This document shows positions 29,360 through 40,516 of a DNA stretch of 64,000 nt, one piece after another. The notes under the pieces were generated by a model. It worked only from the letters and a program-made list of their open reading frames with translations, ran no database searches and had not been told where the DNA came from. A program made the translations under genes and the position numbers. The stretch lies in sequence record MW630116.1. The stretch is one strand, 5' to 3'. The stretch comes from Escherichia phage vB_EcoM-ZQ3. The first letter of the stretch is position 1. The number at the start of each line of letters is the position of its first letter.

Positions 29360-30216
29360 AACAATACCAATACCTAATTAAAGATATCTTAGAAAATGGC
29401 TACGAAACAGACGACCGTACAGGTACCGGCACTATTGCCCTGTTCGGAACTAAATTACGTTGGGATCTGACTAAAGGATTCCCTGCGGTAACAACTAAGA
29501 AATTAGCATGGAAAGCTTGTATTGCCGAGTTACTGTGGTTCATGTCCGGTTCTACTAATGTTAACGAATTACGTCTTCGTACCCATGGTAGTCTAATTGA
29601 AGGTAAAACTATTTGGGACGATAATTACGAAAATCAGGCAAAAGACCTTGGGTACCATAGCGGTGAACTTGGTCCTATATATGGTAAACAATGGCGTGAT
29701 TTCGGCGGTGTAGACCAATTAGTTGAAACAATCGACCGTATTAAAAAATTACCAACTGATCGTCGTCAAATTGTTTCTGCCTGGAATCCAGCTGAAATAA
29801 ATCAAATGGCACTTCCTCCTTGCCATATGTTCTACCAGTTCAATGTGCGTAATGGTCATCTTGATTTACAATGGTATCAACGCAGTGTAGATGTTTTCTT
29901 GGGCCTGCCGTTCAACATTGCCTCGTACGCTGCCTTGACGCATATTGTAGCGAAGATGTGTAACCTTATCCCAGGTGATTTAGTGTTCTCAGGCGGCAAC
30001 ACGCATATCTACAGCAATCATGTAGAACAATGCAAAGAAGTTCTTCGTCGTGAACCTAAAGAGTTGTGTGAATTAGTTATTAACGGATTACCATACAAAT
30101 TTAGACATCTATCAACCGAAGAACAAATCGAATATGTATTAAAACTTCGTCCTAAAGACTTTATTCTTAAAAATTACGAATCACATCCAGCTATCAAAGC
30201 TAAAATGGCGGTATAA
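29356..30216 (+). CDS. td: thymidylate synthase (intron-free)
   Basis: 286-aa continuous ORF MKQYQYLIKDILENGYETDDRTGTGTIALFG...; same length as spliced T4 TS; no interruption. Confidence 0.92.
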   Translation: MKQYQYLIKDILENGYETDDRTGTGTIALFGTKLRWDLTKGFPAVTTKKLAWKACIAELLWFMSGSTNVNELRLRTHGSLIEGKTIWDDNYENQAKDLGYHSGELGPIYGKQWRDFGGVDQLVETIDRIKKLPTDRRQIVSAWNPAEINQMALPPCHMFYQFNVRNGHLDLQWYQRSVDVFLGLPFNIASYAALTHIVAKMCNLIPGDLVFSGGNTHIYSNHVEQCKEVLRREPKELCELVINGLPYKFRHLSTEEQIEYVLKLRPKDFILKNYESHPAIKAKMAV

Positions 30217-30217
30217 A

Positions 30218-30472
30218 ATGATTTTACGTTTTATTAATTCATATGGCACCACAATTTTTGAAATGAAAAATCCTACAGAACTAGATATCCCTTCGCCAAA
30301 TAGTGAAATCACAGTTAAAGGTGAACGATTCATTTGCTATTCACATGAACGAATTTATGACTATCGTGAATTTTGTGGTGGTTACGGTATAGAAAAAGAA
30401 CCGTTGGTTTATTTCGATATCACAGTCTTGACACCTAAAGAATACGAAGAAATTATTGCTGAGGATAATTAA
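30218..30472 (+). CDS. hypothetical protein (84 aa)
   Basis: ORF track; starts 2 nt after td stop. Confidence 0.5.
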   Translation: MILRFINSYGTTIFEMKNPTELDIPSPNSEITVKGERFICYSHERIYDYREFCGGYGIEKEPLVYFDITVLTPKEYEEIIAEDN

Positions 30473-30487
30473 CGCTTCAGTTTAAAA

Positions 30488-30524
30488 GTGTATAATAAAT
30501 TAACGGGATAAATACTATCCCGTT
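30488..30524 (+). promoter_or_regulatory. TGnTATAAT-like -10 (tgtataat) followed by 9-bp perfect hairpin (aacgggata / tatcccgtt) in nrdA leader
   Basis: aagtgtataataaattaacgggataaatactatcccgtttggagtaatg; hairpin 30502-30524. Confidence 0.5.
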
Positions 30525-30559
30525 TGGAGTAATGTCTATCAACCTATACTGAGGACTAT

Positions 30560-31984
30560 ATGCAAGTAACTAAGAGCAGTGGTGTATCCCAAAATTTTGA
30601 TGCACAGAAAATTATTCAAGTCTTAACTTGGCAATGTGAAGGAACACAAATTGACCCATATGAATTGTACGAAGAAATTAAGACCCATCTTGTTGACGGG
30701 ATGAGCACCAAAGATATCCAGAAGATTTGTATTAAAGTTGCAGCTAACTCGATTTCTGTCGAAGAACCTGATTATCAGTATGTCGCCGCCAAAGGGCTAA
30801 TGTTTGCACTCCGTAAAGATGTATACGGACAGTTTGAACCGCCTGCTTTTATCGACCATATTTCTTATTGTGTTAATGAAGGCAAATACGACCCTGAGCT
30901 GTTGTCTCAATATTCAGCAGAAGAAATCATTTATCTCGATTCACAGATTAAACATGAACGAGACTTTGACCTGACTTATGCTGGTGCTATGCAGCTTAAA
31001 GAAAAATATCTAGTTAAAGATAAAACAACTGGGAAGATTTATGAAACTCCACAGTTTGCTATCATGGCTATTGGTATGGCCTTACATCAAGACGAAACTC
31101 ATGACCGTTTGAAACATATTATTCGTTTTTATGATGCCGTTTCTACTCATCAAGTTTCATTGCCTACCCCAATTATGGCAGGTGCTCGTACTCCGACTCG
31201 CCAGTTCTCTAGTTGTGTAGTTATTGAAGCAGGTGATTCGTTAAAATCTATTAACAAAACTTCAGCATCAATTATTGAATATATTTCTAAACGAGCTGGT
31301 ATCGGTATCAACGTTGGTATGCTTCGTGCAGAAGGTTCTAAGATTGGTATGGGTGAAGTTCGACATACAGGTGTTATTCCATTCTGGAAACATTTCCAAA
31401 CTGCAGTAAAATCTTGTTCTCAAGGTGGTATTCGCGGTGGTGCTGCTACAGCGTATTATCCGATGTGGCACTTAGAAGTAGAGAACCTATTAGTTCTGAA
31501 AAATAACAAAGGTGTGGATGAAAACCGTATTCGACATATGGACTACGGAATTCAGATTAATGACCTTATGATGGAACGCCTTGGTAAAAATGATTATATT
31601 ACTTTATTTAGCCCTCACGAAATGTCAGGCGAACTATACTACTCGTTCTTTGAAGATCAAGATAAATTCCGTGAGCTTTATGAGAAAGCTGAAAAAGACC
31701 CGGCAATCAGAAAGAAAAGAATCAAAGCACTAGAACTCTTTGAATTGTTCATGACTGAACGTTCTGGCACTGCTCGAATTTATCCACAGTTTGTTGATAA
31801 CACGAATAACTACACTCCATTTATTCGTGAAAAAGCTCCAATTCGTCAGAGTAACTTATGTTGTGAAATCGCTATTCCAACTAATGATGTGAATAGCCAA
31901 CAAACCCGTTTAATCAAAATTAAGAAGTCGGATGTAGCTAAGTTTTATGAAGCTAATCCTGGCGGTATAATTCAAAGCAAATAA
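30560..31984 (+). CDS. nrdA: ribonucleotide reductase alpha subunit, N-terminal fragment (NrdA-a), ending just after the NLCxEI active-site motif
   Basis: 474-aa ORF; ATP-cone and catalytic core up to ...QSNLCCEIAIPTNDVNSQ, then about 25 unrelated residues and a stop. Confidence 0.88.
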   Translation: MQVTKSSGVSQNFDAQKIIQVLTWQCEGTQIDPYELYEEIKTHLVDGMSTKDIQKICIKVAANSISVEEPDYQYVAAKGLMFALRKDVYGQFEPPAFIDHISYCVNEGKYDPELLSQYSAEEIIYLDSQIKHERDFDLTYAGAMQLKEKYLVKDKTTGKIYETPQFAIMAIGMALHQDETHDRLKHIIRFYDAVSTHQVSLPTPIMAGARTPTRQFSSCVVIEAGDSLKSINKTSASIIEYISKRAGIGINVGMLRAEGSKIGMGEVRHTGVIPFWKHFQTAVKSCSQGGIRGGAATAYYPMWHLEVENLLVLKNNKGVDENRIRHMDYGIQINDLMMERLGKNDYITLFSPHEMSGELYYSFFEDQDKFRELYEKAEKDPAIRKKRIKALELFELFMTERSGTARIYPQFVDNTNNYTPFIREKAPIRQSNLCCEIAIPTNDVNSQQTRLIKIKKSDVAKFYEANPGGIIQSK

Positions 31985-32795
31985 AGTACACAGACCGTTA
32001 ATAAATAATCCATAACAAGAGGAAAAGTTATGGATTATTCTAAAATTTACAATAACCTTATTTCTAAAGCTAAGAACAGAAAATTAGATTGCTATACCGA
32101 ATCACACCATATTATACCTCTGTGTATTGGTGGTTCTGATACAAAGGAAAACCTGGTAGATTTGACACCCGAAGAGCATTACATAGCTCATCAATTATTA
32201 GTAAAGATATATCCAGATAATTATAAATTGGTATTTGCCGCTAATATGATGTGTGTTTATTCTGAAGATAATATTGAACGAAAGAACACCAATAAACGCC
32301 ATGGGTGGCTTAGAAGAAAATTGGCTATTTCTGTATCTGAAAATAATAAAGGCAAACCAGCTTGGAACAAAGGTATTCCGGTAACTGACGAGCATAGAGA
32401 AAAACTTCAAACAACTTGGGTATTTACTTTCCCAGACGGTCATGAAGAAATCCATAAAGGCCTAAGAGAATTTTGCGAACTACATTCACTCAATGCTTCG
32501 GCAATGTCGGCCGTATGCAAAGGCAAAAGGTCTCAACATAAAGGCTTTAAGTGTCGAAAGCTTGATAATATCTCTGAAAACGATAATCAAGAATACGTCA
32601 GTAAACCTCATCCAAAGGGATTAAAACCCCATAACTTAATTGCTGTAAAAATAAACGGTATAGAATATCAATCAATACATCGAGCATCTAAAGCTCTAGG
32701 AATATCTCGAAAAAAGGTAGAAGAATTAAATGAATATTGATTATGAATTTGTAGATGAATTTTACGAAGATGATGAGTATACAACAATACAAGTT
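31985..32795 (+). mobile_element. homing endonuclease gene insertion splitting nrdA (approximate boundaries)
   Basis: Segment between loss of NrdA homology in nrdA-a and its resumption in nrdA-b (around ...ENKGEVGLCTLSAF); contains the HNH ORF plus a new stop and a new start. Confidence 0.7.
32030..32740 (+). CDS. free-standing HNH homing endonuclease (MobE-like) inserted within nrdA
   Basis: 236-aa ORF; N-terminal HNH motif ESHHIIPLCIGGSDTKENLVDLTPEEHYIAH; C-terminal basic repeats (NKGKPAWNKGIPVTDEHREKL, IAVKINGIEYQSIHRASKALGISRKKVEE) typical of homing-endonuclease DNA-binding modules. Confidence 0.82.
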   Translation: MDYSKIYNNLISKAKNRKLDCYTESHHIIPLCIGGSDTKENLVDLTPEEHYIAHQLLVKIYPDNYKLVFAANMMCVYSEDNIERKNTNKRHGWLRRKLAISVSENNKGKPAWNKGIPVTDEHREKLQTTWVFTFPDGHEEIHKGLREFCELHSLNASAMSAVCKGKRSQHKGFKCRKLDNISENDNQEYVSKPHPKGLKPHNLIAVKINGIEYQSIHRASKALGISRKKVEELNEY

Positions 32796-33719
32796 ATTGA
32801 AAACAAAGGTGAAGTGGGCCTCTGCACTCTTTCTGCCTTTGTTCTTGATAAATTTGATTGGCAAGACCAAGATAAAATTAATGAACTTGCTGAAGTACAA
32901 GTACGTGCACTTGATAACCTGTTAGACTATCAAGATTATCCGGTTCCAGAAGCTTTAAAAGCTAAAAAGCGTCGAAACCTCGGGGTTGGTGTTACGAACT
33001 ATGCTGCATGGTTAGCTTCTAACTTTGCTTCATATGAAGACGCTAACGATTTGACTCATGAATTGTTTGAGAGATTGCAATATGGCCTTATCAAAGCTTC
33101 AATCAAACTCGCCAAAGAAAAAGGACCTTGTGAGTATTATTCAGACACTAAATGGTCTAGAGGCGAATTACCTATCGATTGGTACAATAAAAAGATTGAC
33201 CAAATCGCAGCCCCGAACTACGTCTGTGACTGGGAAGAACTTCGAGCTGAACTCAAAGAACATGGAATTCGTAACTCAACGTTGTCTGCACTCATGCCTT
33301 GTGAGTCAAGCAGTCAAGTATCAAACTCTACAAACGGGATTGAGCCCCCGCGCGGTCCGGTAAGTATTAAAGAATCTAAAGAAGGAAACTTCCGTCAGGT
33401 TGTTCCTAATATAGAACATAACATGAGTCTTTACGACTACGCGTGGAAACTTGCTAAGAAAGGTAATAAACCTTATTTGACCCAAGTTGCTATCATGTTG
33501 AAATGGGTGTGCCAATCTGCTTCTGCTAATACTTACTATGACCCTGCAGTATTTGAGAAAGGTAAAGTGCCAATGTCAGTAATGCTTGACGATCTGCTTT
33601 ACTTCTGGTACTTTGGCGGAAAAAACCTCTACTATCATAACACTCGTGATGGGTCAGGTACAGATGACTATGAATTAGAAACACCTAAAGCTGAAGATTG
33701 TTCTGCTTGTAAGCTTTAA
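32730..33719 (+). CDS. nrdA: ribonucleotide reductase alpha subunit, C-terminal fragment (NrdA-b)
   Basis: 329-aa ORF; after about 20 novel residues resumes NrdA homology at ...GLCTLSAF... and runs to the C-terminal redox tail ...EDCSACKL; start overlaps HNH ORF end by 11 nt. Confidence 0.88.
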   Translation: MNIDYEFVDEFYEDDEYTTIQVIENKGEVGLCTLSAFVLDKFDWQDQDKINELAEVQVRALDNLLDYQDYPVPEALKAKKRRNLGVGVTNYAAWLASNFASYEDANDLTHELFERLQYGLIKASIKLAKEKGPCEYYSDTKWSRGELPIDWYNKKIDQIAAPNYVCDWEELRAELKEHGIRNSTLSALMPCESSSQVSNSTNGIEPPRGPVSIKESKEGNFRQVVPNIEHNMSLYDYAWKLAKKGNKPYLTQVAIMLKWVCQSASANTYYDPAVFEKGKVPMSVMLDDLLYFWYFGGKNLYYHNTRDGSGTDDYELETPKAEDCSACKL

Positions 33720-33774
33720 GACTTTTGATTATAATTTACTCATGGATGAGTTAATAACTAAGTGAGAAAATATA

Positions 33775-34953
33775 ATGAGTACAGTTTTTAACACACAACA
33801 AGTCGATGTTTTGAATGAACCAATGTTCTTTGGTTCTGGTCTTGGCCTCGCACGTTATGATATTCAGCGACATAAAGTTTTTGAAGAACTTATTGAAAAG
33901 CAATTGTCGTTTTTCTGGCGCCCAGAAGAGGTAAACTTGATGTTGGACTCTGCGCAGTTCAATAAGCTTCCTCAGTTCCAACAGGACATCTTTACAAACA
34001 ATCTTAAGTATCAATCATTATTAGATTCTATCCAAGGCAGGGCCCCATCTGCGGTACTTATGGCACTGATTTCCGACCCTTCATTAGATACGTGGGTTGC
34101 AACATGGACATTCAGTGAAACTATTCACTCTCGTTCGTACACTCATATTATGCGAAATCTTTATACCGATCCATCTAAGGTATTTGATGAAATTGTATTA
34201 GACGAAGCAATCATGAAACGAGCTGAATCAATAGGTAAATATTACGATGATGTTCTGGTTAAAACTCGTTATTGGGAAAACGCTAAAGCCGATATCGAAT
34301 ACCAAAAAGAAATTAATGCAGACGAAGACGTTATTGAAGATGCTATTGAGCATGAGACATATTGGAAGCGTGAGCTAATGAAATCTCTTTATCTTTGCCT
34401 TCATGTAATTAACGCCTTAGAAGCTATTCGTTTTTACGTATCATTTGCATGTACTTTCAACTTCCATAAAAATATGGAAATTATGGAAGGTAATGCAAAG
34501 ATTATGAAGTTCATTGCTCGTGACGAACAACTCCATCTCAAGGGTACTCAGTACATTATCCGTCAACTTCAATCTGGTACTGACGGTGATGAGTGGGTTC
34601 AAATTGCTAAAGAATGTGAACAAGAAGCAGTTGACATTTTTATGGAAGTAAATAGTCAAGAGAAGGAATGGGCTGCACACCTCTTTAAAGATGGTACATG
34701 TCCAGGTATCAATACGCAGAGTATGTGTGCTTTTGTTGATTACTTGACTGTGTCTCGTATGAAACAGTGTGGTTTGCCATGTCCAATTACTGATGCTCCG
34801 ACCAAGCATCCGTATCCTTGGATTCGTGAATATCTGAACTCTGATTTAGTTCAAGCAGCTCCTCAGGAAGTTGAAATCAGTTCTTATCTTGTCGCACAAA
34901 TTGATAATGATGTAGACCAAAATGTAATCAATTCATACAAAAAATATTTCTAA
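33775..34953 (+). CDS. nrdB: ribonucleotide reductase beta subunit (intron-free)
   Basis: 392-aa continuous ORF with class Ia R2 features; T4 NrdB 388 aa. Confidence 0.9.
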   Translation: MSTVFNTQQVDVLNEPMFFGSGLGLARYDIQRHKVFEELIEKQLSFFWRPEEVNLMLDSAQFNKLPQFQQDIFTNNLKYQSLLDSIQGRAPSAVLMALISDPSLDTWVATWTFSETIHSRSYTHIMRNLYTDPSKVFDEIVLDEAIMKRAESIGKYYDDVLVKTRYWENAKADIEYQKEINADEDVIEDAIEHETYWKRELMKSLYLCLHVINALEAIRFYVSFACTFNFHKNMEIMEGNAKIMKFIARDEQLHLKGTQYIIRQLQSGTDGDEWVQIAKECEQEAVDIFMEVNSQEKEWAAHLFKDGTCPGINTQSMCAFVDYLTVSRMKQCGLPCPITDAPTKHPYPWIREYLNSDLVQAAPQEVEISSYLVAQIDNDVDQNVINSYKKYF

Positions 34954-34957
34954 GGAC

Positions 34958-34971
34958 GGGACTTCGGTCCC
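34958..34971 (+). terminator. CUUCGG hairpin (gggacttcggtccc) after nrdB
   Basis: 5-bp stem with UUCG loop; weak T-run (actttatta) and the denA start follows within 10 nt, so possibly a stability element rather than a strong terminator. Confidence 0.45.
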
Positions 34972-34979
34972 ACTTTATT

Positions 34980-35389
34980 ATGAAAGATATCGCCGCCGAA
35001 TATTCCTTTATTAAATATACAGAATTGGAGCTATTAGAAGATGCAACAATTAAAACAGTTGATGTCCCTAATAAGAAAAATGTCATATATGCTATTGCTA
35101 TAGATGACGAACTTGTGTATATTGGTAAAACCAAGAATTTAAAGAAACGCATTAACTATTATCGAACAGCCATAAATCGAAAAGACCAGACTTCAGATTC
35201 AAGAAAATCACTTATGATTTTGGATGCCTTAATGCAAGGCAAAAAGGTTGAATTCTGGGCCCGCCAATGTTTTGACCTTTCAGTCACCAACGAACTTGGT
35301 TCAATGACCATCGCAACAATGGACCTTGAAGAACCACTTTTTATCAAAAAGTTCAACCCGCCTTGGAATATCCAACATAAGAAAAAGTA

Positions 35390-35390
<1 letters not shown>
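34980..35390 (+). CDS. denA: endonuclease II (GIY-YIG family)
   Basis: 136-aa ORF (T4 DenA 136 aa) with GIY-YIG-like motif VIYAIAIDDELVYIGKTKNLKKRINYYR; position after nrdB as in T4. Confidence 0.8.
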
Positions 35391-36571
<1,181 letters not shown>

Positions 36572-36573
36572 TG

Positions 36574-36633
36574 GTTTACAAACACCAAGGAAGGTGTTAC
36601 TATGGTTTTTATCAACAACACGAGGAGAAAATT
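36574..36633 (+). promoter_or_regulatory. early promoter cassette (GTTTAC, dyad aacacc/ggtgtt, tactat -10, caacaacacgaggag RBS)
   Basis: gtttacaaacaccaaggaaggtgttactatggtttttatcaacaacacgaggagaaaattATG. Confidence 0.55.
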
Positions 36634-37134
36634 ATGAATATGCAATTGATTACTAACGATATGGTTGTGGCAGCATTTGGTGATTCTACAGATGGAATCC
36701 GAGTCTTTAAGAAAGGACGTCCAGTTGGTTATCTTACTGACCTACGTGTTACTCTAGCGAAAAATGCTAAAAAGAAGTTAAAGCAAAAGGAATATTCAAC
36801 ACGTTACACCGAAGAGAAACGTGAAGCGATGCCGGAAGCAGTTAATGCCATGGTAGAATTTCTTCAAAACAATTTGACTAAATATGACGCTAATGTGTTC
36901 ATTAATATTAGTCAACCAAATGTACATATCGCAGGTATAAAATTCTACATTATTTGCGACCCTCTTACCGACAAATTCAACCGCCTCGGAATTTCAAGTC
37001 CATATCATACAGCAGAAGAGTTGTGTGTATTGTTTGAATCGTACAAAATCCAGTGCGATGGTCCGAAAACCGTTCTTATCAATGGATTATCCCGAGATGA
37101 AATCATTGAGATTATTAAAACATGCTTAAAGTAA
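36634..37134 (+). CDS. alc: probable Alc (transcription terminator on dC-DNA), by size and synteny
   Basis: ATG 36634 inside ORF-track entry 36571..37134 gives 166 aa (T4 Alc 167 aa); lies between rnlA and the spanin pair as in T4; no motif confirmed. Confidence 0.5.
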   Translation: MNMQLITNDMVVAAFGDSTDGIRVFKKGRPVGYLTDLRVTLAKNAKKKLKQKEYSTRYTEEKREAMPEAVNAMVEFLQNNLTKYDANVFINISQPNVHIAGIKFYIICDPLTDKFNRLGISSPYHTAEELCVLFESYKIQCDGPKTVLINGLSRDEIIEIIKTCLK

Positions 37135-37478
37135 ATCCGATTTATGCTATAGTAGCAGCTTTTGCTCTAGTTTCTACGGTAACAATAGTTGTCTTAAACA
37201 ACAAAGTTGATTCGTTGAATACTGAATTAGCTTCTGTCAAAGAGACCGCTAAAAACAATGCTAAAGTATTAGACGACTTCAAGGTTCAATATCAGTCAAT
37301 CGAAGAAATGACTTATAAGAACCGTGTTTTAGTTGACCAACTTAAGGCCGAAAATGAAAAGCTCCGTAAGGATTCGAAGAAGAAGAACGTGGTGGCAAGT
37401 AAACCAGGATTGGTCGAAAAACAAATCAACAAGTCCTTCGATTCCTTTGCAGAAGACCTCAGGAAGCTCTCAGAATGA
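37122..37478 (+). CDS. i-spanin (Rz-like; T4 pseT.3 equivalent)
   Basis: 118 aa; N-terminal transmembrane helix (IYAIVAAFALVSTVTIVVL) then coiled-coil-like region; followed by lipoprotein ORF. Confidence 0.7.
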   Translation: MLKVNPIYAIVAAFALVSTVTIVVLNNKVDSLNTELASVKETAKNNAKVLDDFKVQYQSIEEMTYKNRVLVDQLKAENEKLRKDSKKKNVVASKPGLVEKQINKSFDSFAEDLRKLSE

Positions 37479-37765
37479 TTAAATTAACCGCAGTTGTATT
37501 ATCTATTAGTATTTTGGCTGGATGTGCCCAGGATGTGCCCTTAAGCCCTAAAGAAACTTTACATCCGCCATGGCCTGAATCTATTGTTGAATATAACCAG
37601 AAATGGCAAGTAAAGGTTATTGATGGTAATCCGTGGGTTGGAATGCCGTTTGAAGACTCTCAAGAATTTCGTATCTGGTTAAACGATGTAAAAAGATATG
37701 TACATGACCAGAAGACTATGATATGTTATTATCGTAGTGGTTTAAAAGAGGAAAAATGCCAATGA
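37475..37765 (+). CDS. o-spanin lipoprotein (Rz1-like; T4 pseT.2 equivalent)
   Basis: 96 aa; signal peptide with lipobox LAGC (MIKLTAVVLSISILAGCAQ); start overlaps i-spanin stop. Confidence 0.7.
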   Translation: MIKLTAVVLSISILAGCAQDVPLSPKETLHPPWPESIVEYNQKWQVKVIDGNPWVGMPFEDSQEFRIWLNDVKRYVHDQKTMICYYRSGLKEEKCQ

Positions 37766-37980
37766 CTAAAGAACAACATGAATACATTAAAGGGCTTATC
37801 TATGAATCTGAAATGGCGGCTATGATTTATGGGCGCCAGATTCAACGATTAGAATCTTTGCCTCCGACTAATGACCGATTGTTAGTTCAGTCTCGTGCTA
37901 ATCTGAAAAATGAATATCAGAATAAGTGGGCAGTAGCGACTAAAGCTCTTCACGAGTATATTGAATCTTTAGTAAAATAG
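37756..37980 (+). CDS. hypothetical protein (74 aa)
   Basis: ORF track. Confidence 0.5.
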   Translation: MPMTKEQHEYIKGLIYESEMAAMIYGRQIQRLESLPPTNDRLLVQSRANLKNEYQNKWAVATKALHEYIESLVK

Positions 37981-38037
37981 TTTACAAACTCTCAGGAGCA
38001 GAGTATAATGCTCCTATGGATAATTGAGGAAATCTAA
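37980..38037 (+). promoter_or_regulatory. early promoter cassette with 7-bp dyad (aggagca / tgctcct) flanking TATAAT
   Basis: gtttacaaactctcaggagcagagtataatgctcctatggataattgaggaaatctaaATG. Confidence 0.55.
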
Positions 38038-38336
38038 ATGAAAACATTACTAGAGAATTACATCAAACGGTCTGATGAGTATATTGATATCTGTCGTGGA
38101 ATGTCACTCGGCAATTATGACAAAGATGCAGCAAAGGCACTAGATGAAGCAGGTAAAGCTCTTCGTAAAGCTGCTAAAGAAAAAGGGTTGGATTTGCAAC
38201 AACTCAAAAGTCATATGATTAAATTTATTTCTTCAAACGTTAGAAGTACGTCAATTAATAAAAACGTTGCTGAAATTAATAAAGACCGGCGCGAGCATAA
38301 CATTCGTATTCTTGAAATTTTCTTAGGAATAAAATA

Positions 38337-38337
<1 letters not shown>
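38038..38337 (+). CDS. hypothetical protein (99 aa)
   Basis: ORF track. Confidence 0.5.
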
Positions 38338-39419
<1,082 letters not shown>

Positions 39420-39420
<1 letters not shown>

Positions 39421-39611
39421 TGAAACGATTATATGAAGTGATTGAGGCCATCGAACAGCATAAAGAATATTTGTTTGTAGCCTGGCCTTTAGTAAATGGA
39501 CAGTTCGGTATTGATGTGCTGGACTATGAGCATGAAGAACGTTTGGACGGTGGTATATTTGATAACGTCGACCAGGCAATTGAATGGTTAAATGAAAACT
39601 ATGTACGATAA
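39420..39611 (+). CDS. hypothetical protein (63 aa)
   Basis: ORF track; start overlaps pseT stop. Confidence 0.45.
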
Positions 39612-39816
39612 ACATCATGAAATCGAAGATGAAGCATACAAAATGCTTCGTAAACTAGTGGGACTTAATATGAGTCCTACATTAATCAACAAACTCGCAG
39701 GAATTCGTAATGATCTGAATACTCGTTACAAAGGTGAATATCATGTAGAGTTTGTTCCTGTAGGTGAACCGACCGAGCGATTTGTTGTTCGAGTTAAAGT
39801 AAATACTGTACACTGA
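39592..39816 (+). CDS. hypothetical protein (74 aa)
   Basis: ORF track. Confidence 0.45.
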   Translation: MKTMYDKHHEIEDEAYKMLRKLVGLNMSPTLINKLAGIRNDLNTRYKGEYHVEFVPVGEPTERFVVRVKVNTVH

Positions 39817-39823
39817 GGTAATT

Positions 39824-40099
39824 ATGTTCCCAACTTATTCTGAAATTGTAAAGGTAGTCTTCAGTCAGATTATTGCTAATAATATGTTTGAAGTGCTTGA
39901 TAATGCAGCCGAACTCAGAGTTCATGCTCAACTAACTCATGTACTCAATGCTTTGCTCCCAGACCAAGTAGATTCTATTGCTATTACTCTTCTCCCTGGG
40001 TCTGCACACGTCATAGTGGTATTTGATCTTGACGGCGATTTAGTTATCCAATGTGATATCAATTTCGGTACACAAAAAATTGAATGCAAAGCAATTTAA
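39824..40099 (+). CDS. hypothetical protein (91 aa)
   Basis: ORF track. Confidence 0.45.
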   Translation: MFPTYSEIVKVVFSQIIANNMFEVLDNAAELRVHAQLTHVLNALLPDQVDSIAITLLPGSAHVIVVFDLDGDLVIQCDINFGTQKIECKAI

Positions 40100-40101
40100 T
40101 G

Positions 40102-40159
40102 GTTTACAACATGGTGGAGTTGTGATACTATAACTCTACCAACAAATGAGGAAATAGAA
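40102..40159 (+). promoter_or_regulatory. early promoter cassette with 9-bp dyad (ggtggagtt / aactctacc)
   Basis: gtttacaacatggtggagttgtgatactataactctaccaacaaatgaggaaatagaaATG. Confidence 0.55.
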
Positions 40160-40396
40160 ATGCTAAGTGAAAACCCAATTACAGTACACGAATTTCAGAT
40201 TAAAGTAAAAGAATTTGCTCAAGCACTCATCAATAAAGTGTCTGAACGTTTCCAAGATGCAACATTACGAGTTATTCAAGAATCTCCACGTTCTTTTCTC
40301 ATAATCGTTAATCCTAAAGATGGTGACCAAATTACTAATCTTAAATTAGGCAGTGATGGTCTTGTTGAAGCAACTCGAGTATATGGAACACTATAA
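40160..40396 (+). CDS. hypothetical protein (78 aa)
   Basis: ORF track. Confidence 0.5.
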   Translation: MLSENPITVHEFQIKVKEFAQALINKVSERFQDATLRVIQESPRSFLIIVNPKDGDQITNLKLGSDGLVEATRVYGTL

Positions 40397-40516
40397 TGAG
40401 AGCTATCTCATTACTATCGTGAATGGTCATAAATCTGAGCACTACCAACTTAGCCTGTCTAATCCGGTTAAAGGTATTGTTGAATCAGAATCTGTTTATA
40501 TCTCCTAAGGATTGTT

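Noticed and set aside
33058-33363. 101-aa plus-strand ORF inside nrdA-b, and similar internal ORFs (6931..7164 in rIIB, 38798..39028 in pseT, 43847..44029, 41831..42022)
   Set aside because: Alternative reading frames nested within better-supported genes.
30560-33719. Intein within NrdA
   Set aside because: The insertion is not an in-frame fusion: nrdA-a ends with a stop, the HNH ORF has its own RBS and start, and nrdA-b is in a different frame with its own start. This is a free-standing endonuclease insertion, not an intein.
40396-40422. 8-codon mini-ORF (MRAISLLS) upstream of the DAHP synthase gene as an attenuation leader peptide
   Set aside because: It has no aromatic codons and no alternative terminator/antiterminator hairpins, so it is unlikely to be an aro-type attenuator; probably fortuitous.
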